Of a DNA stretch of 64,000 nucleotides, positions 54,631-64,000 are shown piece by piece. Positions within the stretch are counted from its first letter, which is position 1, and each line of letters starts with the position of its first letter. Source of the DNA: Lama glama (Eukaryota). Under the pieces are notes generated by a model, which worked only from the letters and a program-made list of their open reading frames with translations, was not told the origin of the DNA and made no database searches. The DNA lies in contig CM052817.1 of NCBI GenBank assembly GCA_028534125.1, forward strand, positions 4,342,001-4,406,000, written 5' to 3'. A program made the position numbers and the translations under genes.

Positions 54631-56777
54631 GAGGACCAGCAGCCTGCGAGGGCGCACGTGAAACCCGGCCCCTTCCCTCCTGCGACAGGGAAGATCGCAA
54701 ACGCCCTCGGCAGAGCTGACCGTCGTCCTTCTTTGCAAAGTTGTGTGCGATCCCAGGGAGATAATGTGCGGAAAGTGGTTTGGAAATGCTAAAGTGCTAT
54801 AAACATGCTTATAACGATTATGACTAATTAAAATCTAGGGCAGCCAGGAGAGAAGTATGGTGTGAAGTGAAGCTCTATCCTCCGCCTTCAGAGGGTCTTT
54901 TAGAGGCTCCGAGCGAGAAACATAAGCAATTAAGAGACTGTGGGTCGAGATTCAGAGTGCGGAGGCAGTGGTCCAGCAAATTCCTTGGGTCCCTCCACAT
55001 CTTCGACTCCTTGTGCATCCATCCATCCATCCACTCAACAAACATGCCACCAATGTCCACCCTGTGCCCAGCACTCTGTGTGGGCCGGTGCTGGAAGACA
55101 GCCCTGCTCCTGCTTCCAAAGTGCTGACAGAGCACGTGTAAGACAGAAAATCGATGTACAAGCCTTTCCTGTGACCTCTATCAAGTTGCCCATCATATGC
55201 AGTGCTGGCCCTTTTGTGGGTTCATCCCCCACCCCTGACCCCCAGACCGCAAGGTCCTGAGGCCAGGGACTCTGTCTTGTCCCCTGCATATCCCCAACAC
55301 TCAGCACAGGGCCTTGAACCTGAAAAGTGTGGCTGGATATGTCCAGAGGAACTAAATAAAAGCCAGTCACTGAGTAGTCAGGGACCAGGCGTTCATTACC
55401 CCGACCTGCAAGGCTATTCATTTGTCTTCCAACAAGGCTGGTGTCTGAGCGGGGCAGCCACTCTGATATCTTTCAATATGCATTTTCTCTGGGTTCCCAT
55501 CACTTCCCCCTTTTGCAGAAACCAGGCTGTTGGGGACCAAGCACTGGGCTGTTTCTGCCTCCAGTTCCTGGTTCGCGCAGGGACTTCCACGTGGGATCAG
55601 AGAGCTGTTCAGTTGCCTTTTGTGTCTGATGGAGGAGCTGAGCTCAGCTCCTCCCTGCCTCACGCCAGCTCTGCCTGTCCACGTTTTCTCAGCTCCCCGC
55701 ACCAGCCAACAGACTGCTCGTTCTTTAGAAGAGCAGTGCTTTTTATATCACTCCCGTGTGCAAAAATACTTCTTGAATCTGTCTCACTGCTATCTGCAGG
55801 GAGAAGTCCAAACCCCTAAACTCGGCATTCGTAGCCTTTGCCACCCTCTCCAGTTTCCCTCCTCCTCCTCTCTCTCCAGTCCCACCTGCCCACACACACA
55901 CCCCTGCGGCTCCTGCTGAGACACGTTGTGCATTTCCCCACCCCGTGTTTCTCTACAGCCCCCACCTCACTTTGACCCCCTCCCGCCCGTGGATGCTGCC
56001 TCAAAAGCCACTTCTTCCTCCGAGGCTTCAGCAGGTTCCATCAGCAGGAGGCAGCCTGGGGCCCTGCGTGCCTCGCTTTACGTGCACTGTCTCACGACCC
56101 GCAGCCCTGTGCCCATTACACAGATGTGCGTGTGCGTATACTTCCCATGTGGTGTCATCCCAGGGCCTCGGCTCCTCTGTCCGTGGGAGTCAGATCTCCT
56201 TTCCCTAAACCACAACTCAACGTGGGGGGAGCCTTTGGCTTGTCTCTGAGGCCCCTCAGAGCATCCGCCTACCCAGGCAGTGCTGAGCAACGCAGAACTG
56301 ACCAAAGAGTGAACGCAGGAGACTGGGCGGGAGGGAGCCCGTCACCTACCCACGGCAAGCGACCTCCCGTCCCCACCGGAATGCTTCTCCTCTCCTAGGA
56401 TTGTCTCTCAAGATGGAAGAGCCCAGAAATGGACAGAAGGGGTCCCTTTCTGACCCCCACCCCAGCTCCTTCCCAGGTCTAAAAGTATCATCCGAATTAG
56501 CTGGCCCCATCCCATAGTTACCCTGACTTATGGTCCAAGGGTCACTGTCCACTGTTTCTGCCCCTCGTGGGGCACAAGCTGAGGCTTACTAAGGGTTCAG
56601 CTGCTCGGTCCAAGGGGATCAGTTATCGGCCACCCGTGAAACTGACATCACATCTTTCTGGCTGATCAGTACGAAGTTGTGTACTTTGGGTCTGCTTTCA
56701 TAGGACTTGCAGTTGAAACCCAAATTCAGCATTTACTCTCCTGCCCTCATCATGCAAGCTGGAACAAAATTCACAAC

Positions 56778-57141
56778 TGTGATGGACCGAATGTTCGTGT
56801 CCTCCAGATTCGTGTGTTGAAGCCCTACCCTGCAATGTGATGGTTTCAGGAGGTGGACTTCGGAGAGGTATTTAGGTCATGGGAGTGGAGCCCTTGTGAG
56901 TGGGATTAGTGCCTGATAAAAGAGACCCCAGGGGGCTCCCTCACCCCTTCTGCCCCGTGAGGACACAGCAGGAGGCCGGCAGTCTGCAAGACAGAAGAGG
57001 GCGCTCACCACAACCCAGCCGTGCTGGCACCCTGATCGCGGGCCTCCAGCTTCCAGAACTGTGAGAAGGGTGTTTCTGTGGTTTATAAGCCGCCCAGCCT
57101 CGGGTGCTTTTTATAGCAGCCCGCCTGAATGGGCTAAGATG
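56778..57141 (+). mobile_element. MLT1A/MLT1A0 solo LTR
   Basis: tgtgatggaccgaatgttcgtgtcctcc...gggattagtgcc...gtgaggacacagc...ccagaactgtgaga...ttataagccgcccagcc...ctaagatg. Confidence 0.85.
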
Positions 57142-60100
57142 GCAATTAACATGAAAGTGCCCGTGATGCTGCCGGCCCGGTTAGAAAGCTCTTCGCACAC
57201 ATCGGCTCGCTCCCTCGTCACAGCCAGCTCTGTGGAGGAGATGTTATTATCATACCTCCTTATGGACGTGGAAACAGAGAGGTTAGCTGACTTGCCCCAG
57301 ATCACAGAGCTGGTGAGTGCAGGGCTGGGACTTGAACCTGGCAGCCTGTCTTCTCAGCCAAGCTCCTGACGGCTCCGCAGCACACGGTGCTGAATAGGCC
57401 CTGAGAAATCCCTGATTCAGAGCTGGTCCAGGAGAAGCATCTTATGTCCTATGCCTCATTGAAGCTCGGGGTGTGGGGTTCCTTCTCTACCCACCTCCAT
57501 TCCAGTGGCAATTCCATCCGGTGTGGGCCTTCCAGAGCCCGCTGGGCACCAGGCTGTGTCCCACTCTTGCTCACAACAGCCCTGCTTCGGCAGAGGGCGT
57601 CGTGCCGGGAACCTCTTCTCCTCTTCTGTTTCTTGTGGCAGAATTTTTGGGATCTCCCATCTATGGGGGCTTCTTCTTGGAGCTTCGTGATGACAGAAGT
57701 GACAGTGTGGTTTTCTTCTCTAATGTTGCCCTTTCCCTCTGCGCCTCACCCTTGGGCTCTGGCAGCATTTTTCTTAGTCATCATTTGCGTCCGTCTGGTC
57801 CCCAGCCCTCTGATGAATGACCGCGGTGTCTCATTGTACTCTGAGCTGAGAGCATCACCTCGCCCTGGGCCTCTGCTTGGCTTGCAATGATTTACAGGCG
57901 ACGGAGGCTGGACGTCTCTGGGTGACCTGTGCAAACCGGGACCTGGGCGACGAAGCTGAAGAGCTCGACGTGAAACTGCCTCTGGGGCCTCAAGACTCAA
58001 GGTGGAAACAGAGGGACTGAAAGCCTCCAGCTCCTTCCTTGCACACTGGCCCACGCTGTTGGGGGTTTTTTTGTTTTTGAAAGATCACTCAGGTTTTTTG
58101 GTTACACTTTTCTGCACGTTTTATTTTATTTTAGGTACATGCTAAAAATGTCTAGCGTTTGCAGCCCAGGCTGGCTGAGCAGGGCTGCGTGAACCAGGTC
58201 AACCCTCTCATAGGCTCGTGGGCGCTGACTTTCCCTTTGGACTGAACCTCTCTGGGGACAATGAGTGCTCTGCGGAAATCTGGGCTTCGTGGAGCAAGGC
58301 AGATCTGGATTCGAATGCTGGTTTTGCCACTTTCCAGCTGGGTGACTTTGAGCAAGTTACTTGACATCTCTGGGCCTCAATTATTTCTTCTATAACATGA
58401 GGATGAGAATAGGAAATTACAGGATTAGAGAATTTCATCCAAAAAACATTGGGAGCATCTGGTAGGATAGGCAGCATGTGGGTGGTCTAGAAATCCTGGG
58501 TCCACTTTTGTTTGGAGAAACCATTACTGAGGTCAGGCTAATTCTGTATGGAAGCAAGGGCCTTTTCAACATTTAAGAAAAGGCAGCTCTGGAATGCACC
58601 CTTCTCCATCTGCGTAGCAGACATGTTTGGGCCCTGATGCCACATCCCTGAGCCTGTCTTCACTGTCAGCTTCAGCGACTTGTTCCAGCGTGTACCAGAC
58701 CACCTTGTGTCCACATTAAGCACGGGCTCCAGTCCTCTAAGCAGAAAAGGCTCCAAAACAAGACAGTTTTTATGAACATGCGGAATAATGGCTTTTTTGC
58801 CCTTGGGTGAGTCACACTGCCCTAAAGCTGACTGCTTCTGTGTACTGGGGAAGGTGGGAAGAGGCTGTGGTGTGAGGGAGGCCAACACAGCACCTGGGCT
58901 CTGACTGGGCACAGAGCCTGCTCCACACCTGCTCTGCAGGGGGCGGGACCCAGGTGGCTGTGCTCCGCCCCTTTGTTGTTGGTTGGCCCATAGCCAGACA
59001 CCTGACCCACGCAAGCCAATCAGAATTCTTCTAGGAAATTTCACTCTGAAACTGATAGATACCTGCCCCACAGTAACTTCAGGGGCTGTCAGTGTGTTGC
59101 ATCCTTGTTGCAGTGAAGGAAGCCCGTGCACAGTAAGAAAGAAAAAAGTCACCGCCAAGAAGACACAGAAAGGTGGTGAGAGCTCCCAGGCCGTGCTTGT
59201 GTCGCTGGTCACAGGTGTGCGTGTGGAAACCTCTCTGTCCTCGGGGATAGCTGCTCATCCTTCCCTTCAGTTCGGGAAGAGAGCCTTGCCGGAAAGTCCC
59301 ATTTTTGCCTTAGCCACTTCAGCTTGGTTTCTGTCACAGGCAGATCATGTGTACAGATACACAACCTGGCATATCTCAGTAAAATGTGCAGTTTGGGGTG
59401 TAGCGTATTCCCAGCAGGTGGGTAAAGATGGCCCAAAAGGAATATGCAGGAAGAAGAGAGAGGAGACTAACATGGATTGAGCTTCTGGAATGTTCCAGGG
59501 GCTGAAGTTACCCCTTTGTGTACATCTTCTTATGTGAGAGGAGAGTGAGTCCAGTAGGAGACATGTAGCTGCAAGCAATAAAACATCGCCCCTCGCTCTT
59601 CAAGGAGACAGAGCTGCACAGCCTCAAGGCGGGTCTGGCATCTCAGTGATACCATCAACCACTCAACTGCTTTCCATCCTCCAGATCCACTGTCTTCAGC
59701 TTGTTGGTTTTTCTTCCTGGTGGTTATTGCTTCATGATCACAAGGGGGCTGCTCCAGCTGCAGGCTTCACATCTGTGTCCCAAGAGGAAAGAGGAAGGCA
59801 AGCTTTTCTCAGATGCCTTCAGCAGACTTTGTTTCATACCTCATTAGCCAGATCTTCCCATAAATGTGTCCCATGGCCGTTCCTACCTGAGAGTCAATTT
59901 CCACCTTCCAACCTCTAGGCTGGGAGGTGACAAAAATAAAGGGACCGGGCAAAGCTGTGGATTGACCAACAACTTGTGTCTTTCTCTAGCAGTGTGAGCA
60001 CACATAGTATGCTGTGTCTGGGAATGGTGGAAACGGGATGTGAGTGGACCTTAGAGGGTGAGGGAAATGATGATAACAGGCAAGATGGGGAGAACCTGAC

Positions 60101-61680
60101 GTGGTGATGGAGCCACTGAAGGTGCTTACACCAGGAAGACAAGTGTCAGGACCAGAGTTATAGTCTAGAGAGATCACCCTGGCCATTACCTGGAGGGTGG
60201 CTTGGAGGGGAGTTGGACTGGGAGCAAGTTAGATGCGTTTGCAGCACCCACCCTGAGAACTGAACATAATATTTACAGGCGTAGAATTTAGAGCAACTCC
60301 TTTCTGAGCTACGTATTGGATCAAGGAATTGACTAGACAGATACATGAGACTAAACTAAAACTCCTGAAAAATTTAGAAGAATTTATCCTAGTGGAAAAA
60401 TAGACTATAACATGGCACCTACATCCGATTTTTCATGTGATGGAAGTGGCTTTTCTTTGCATTTCTGTGTGCATGAGCAAATTCCGGGCCACCTTAAGTT
60501 CCTGACTCAGCCACTTAAAACAAGCTTGAGGTTCCATACATGGGAGAGCGAGTGCAAACTACATTAACACTAGAGAGGAGGTCATTAAGTACTTCCGGCA
60601 AGCGAAGAATGAGAAGTATCACTGTACATGTTCCTGCATAAAGATCTGCTGGCTTTGTTATGTACCTATTGAAAAATTCAAATTATAAAAATTAATTTCA
60701 AGTGATGTATGCTTATGACAAAAAATATATAAAATAGAAAAAAGCTGTTAAGGAGAAAACATCAGAAACCATACAAACAAAATCACTGCTGCTATTTTGG
60801 CCCATGTCCGTTTTCATCCCTGTGGGTAAATTTGCTGACATCGTTTTCATAAACGTCACTTCTTACAGTTACACATCACAAAACTTCCTTGACCCCTGTT
60901 GTTTAACCTTTGAGTGGCTTCCTTTTTTTCCTTAATAAATAATGTGCTGATTATTAGTGAGTATACATTTTTGTCTTCATAGAAGACTGTTTCTTGGAGA
61001 TGAATTCTCAGGAGCAGAATTACCATCTCAAAGGGAATAAACATTTTGAAAGTCAGTGGTACCTATTGCTGATTCGGAAATTCAAACTTCTGATACAAGT
61101 TCACTTAAAGACAGACAGTGCAGTGAGGAAGCCTGCCTTCTGTACACTCTCCCTTGGCAGTGGATTTGGTCATTACGTCTGTGGACGACTTACTGCCTTC
61201 TTTCTAAACAGGATCAATACACCTAGGAGCCCCGGGGCAATGAGATTCAGGGAGGCCTCAACTCATGAAGGAATCCATCAATTAGGCTGGGATGCGAAGA
61301 CAGTGGAAGTGAAAACGGCCCCAATGAATCTTGATATTGAAACACAGATTAGAGCATTTGCGGGGGGAGAGCATTTTATTTTTATCTGTATTTTTTTGTA
61401 TCCCATGCAATTGCAAAGCTCATGGAAATTGAAGAGAGGTTCATCTGTTTCATGGTATGTTCTTTCCACATTACATGCTAGCACACTGACCTTCACAACC
61501 CCAACTCCAAATTTATTTCAAGAATACTCATTGCGCATCTGCCACACTCCAGGACCAGTGCAGGGCGCTGGGGATGTGGTTCAGCCCCTAGTTGCTGAGG
61601 TCTGAGTCTCCATTGTTTGCCCAGGCTTAGATGCTAACGCTGCCATTTGCTAAAGCCTCTGCCAGGTACCTCCGTCACAC

Positions 61681-62278
61681 TGAGACAGGAGGGAAGGGGG
61701 CAGGGCATCGCCTTTAAACGAATTTGCAGCAAGTGAGGCTATACAACATAAACTGGTTAAAACCACCTCAGCCCAAGATGGGAGAAAAATTCAACTTCCA
61801 ATGGACCTTGAGGCCCAAGGTGGCAGAAGATGTGACTCCAGGCAGACCCTGAGCCTCGTTATATGCTCATTATAACATACTGGCATGCTATTGGCACTCC
61901 TACAGGCACCATGACAGTTTCAAGGCTGACCATAAAAGGTCAAAAAGTGTGTGGGGCCCAATTCCTGGGAATCCCCACCCCTTCCCCAAAGTCGTTGGAA
62001 TAATCCTCCCACTTGTTAGCCCATGAAATAACTGCGCCCATAAAAACTAACAGCCTTGTAGGTATCTCTTCCTCTCCCTCTGTCTCCCCTTTTGAGACAC
62101 CTGCACTCTGTCTATGGAGTGAACATCTCCCTGAATGCATCTAGTCTCACTCTACTTCAGATCACTCTTGAATTCTTCCCTGCAAGAAGCCAAGGACCCT
62201 CACTTGGCAGGGCGCATCCCAGGGGCTCACCCGAGCCCTGGGGCACCACCATCCCCTCATGCCCCAGTTTCTGCAACA
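61681..62278 (+). mobile_element. ERV1 MER41-like solo LTR, 598 bp
   Basis: TGAGACAGG...GCAACA termini; TSD acac/acgc; MER41-type motifs (caccatgacagttt, aataatcctcccac, cactctgtctatggagt, tgaattcttccctgc, aagccaaggaccct). Confidence 0.8.
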
Positions 62279-62627
62279 ACGCTAGCCCTGTGGTGGGTAT
62301 TACTAGTTTTTACTGACGGGGAAACAGAGAGTGATTAAATATCTTGCCCAAGATCACAGAGGAAGTAAGTTATAAAGCCCTTACACTTTATCATCTTGAC
62401 TGTTTATTAAAAAACCAGGCATGATTCTTTGAAATTAATTTGGAGAAGCTGCTTAAAATGCTTAATACACTGATTCTGGCTTATTTTATTTGCATCATCT
62501 ATTTGCTGTAGTTATTAAAACATCCTGTTCATTCCTGTTCATTCTCTCTTATCACTTTTGCAGAATTGTTATTTGTCTCTCATTCATTCATTCTCTTATG
62601 CCTCCACTCTCCCCAAACACACACACA

Positions 62628-62819
62628 CAGTGGGGTGCTGGAGATGGCTCCTCCTGGCTGGGCAGAGCTGCTCGTGAACATCCTAGTAGCTTCTCAGTGA
62701 CATCCCACTGGTGGCTTGAAATCAGTCATGACGGGAATATTTACACCACAGGAACTGACAAATGTAAAAATCAGGTCTGTTTTTCTGAGAGCCACTTAAC
62801 ATGTACCAGCTCATCACTG
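62628..62819. mobile_element. MER63-like hAT MITE
   Basis: Terminal inverted repeats CAGTGGGGTGCTGG / CCAGCTCATCACTG; internal ttgaaatc...atatttacaccac. Confidence 0.7.
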
Positions 62820-63044
62820 TGGTTCTCCTGCAGACAAAGCTGGGCCTTTCTCCATCTTCTCCCACCATTCTAATGAAACCGTGAGACAGGAGGGGCCATG
62901 GGAACCAGACTCAGCCTATCTGAAGAGAGGCTTCTCTGTGAGTGGACGCTGTGCCTGGCTTTAAATGCTGTGTGAAATATCCCTTCAATGGCTTACACAC
63001 ATTCTAGCAAGTCTTATTGTTACTCCAATCAAGGATGAATTTCT

Positions 63045-64000
63045 GTGATATAGTAATTTAATAAGAAATGTGTATTTGATCTCCATCCATTGTTCCAGGC
63101 ACAGAGCTCCTAAAATTCTTGGAATTTCCTAACTGTTGAGATAAAGATGGCTTTGTTACGTTAATGAGATGACTTTGGGGAAAAACCTAGGTAACCTAAA
63201 AGGAGGTGGAGGTTGGTTGCCAGGGGAAACAACCACGTGATTAGAGGGTTGGAACTTTCAGTCCCACCCCAGAGATCTGGGGAGGGGAGAAGGACCAGAC
63301 AGAGACTTGGTTCCATCACCAGTGGCCAATGAGTTAATCAAACATGCCTATAAAATGAAGCCTGTTAAAAAACAAAATTCAACTGAATGAAGTTAAAGAT
63401 CTAATTGGCTTTATTCAAGAATTCATGAATCAGGCAACAGCCCATCTAGCAAGCAGAAATGAGCTCCGAGCAGCTGTACAGAGCGGAAGGCTTTCGCAGA
63501 CAGAGGGCGCGGGACAGGGAAGAGGTGGGCTTCCTCCTCTTCGGCAGGGGGTGAAGAGGTCTGTCGGGGGGTTAGCTCGCTGCTGTGGACCAGGAAATAA
63601 CTGCATTCCTGGGGAGGCTGAAGCTGCGCTTAGACTAGGTATTGAGTCTTGGTTTGCTGATGTGGGGCTTAGCACAAGTGACTCCATTTGAGGCCTGTTG
63701 TTTCTTTTTAATAAGTCTTTATCAAAAAAAAAAGATGAGTTCACAGAGTTTCCAAGTTGGTGAACCAGAACTCATCCATGTGCCTAGAGGGTGGTGCTCT
63801 GGGGACCCTTCTGAACCTCTCCTTGGGCACCTCATCTGTATCCTCTACAATACCCTTTATAATAAGCTGGTAAACATAAGCAAATGTTTCTCTGAGTTCT
63901 GTGAGCCCCTCTGGCAAACAAATCAAACCTAAGGGGAGGGACATAGGAACCTCCAACTTGTAGCCAATTGGTCAGAAGCACAGGTAACAGCACAGACTTG
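63045..64000 (+). mobile_element. MER21-like LTR (runs off window) with nested LTR
   Basis: cacagagctcctaaa...ttggaatttcct...gtgattagagggttggaactttcag...ccaatgagttaatcaa...tgtttctctgagttctgtgagc...ttggtcagaagcacagg. Confidence 0.75.
63363..63713 (-). mobile_element. ERV1-class solo LTR nested in the MER21-like element
   Basis: TGTTAAAAAACAAAATTCAAC...TTTTTAATA termini; TSD agcc/agtc; tttatt is a minus-strand polyA signal; MER21 text resumes afterwards. Confidence 0.7.

Noticed and set aside
31100..64000. Many 60-255 aa ORFs (e.g. 33862-34629, 50920-51537, 55202-55819, 58538-59212, 60994-61605) and possible CRMP1 exons
   Set aside because: No recognisable domains or coherent splice structure, and many overlap repeats. 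I saw no CRMP1-like peptide or CpG-island promoter.

Overview
This is mammalian genomic DNA, most likely camelid, judged from a Vic-1-like tRNA-derived SINE and cetartiodactyl-type L1/LTR repeats. It is not prokaryotic, and nearly all ORFs in the supplied track are spurious. Bases ~731-31065 (+) hold the 3' eight coding exons of the C4orf50 orthologue, an uncharacterised coiled-coil protein. I reconstructed them by hand with GT-AG junctions and consistent phases: 731-858, 2243-4741, 11581-11739, 15788-15844, 18489-18671, 26111-26159, 27736-27857 and 30820-31065 (about 1,147 aa; the N-terminus lies upstream of the window). The rest (31-64 kb) looks intergenic and, by recalled human synteny, runs toward CRMP1. 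It is dominated by L1, L2, MIR, MLT/MaLR, ERV solo LTRs and hAT MITEs, and contains a 500-N assembly gap. I found no convincing novel multi-gene system. The best leads are a possible splice-donor shift in exon 3, a perfect 5-unit heat-shock element, tandem STAT/GAS sites in an ERV1 LTR, and a MIR-derived miR-378d-like sequence. Gene and repeat family names come from recall, not from database searches.
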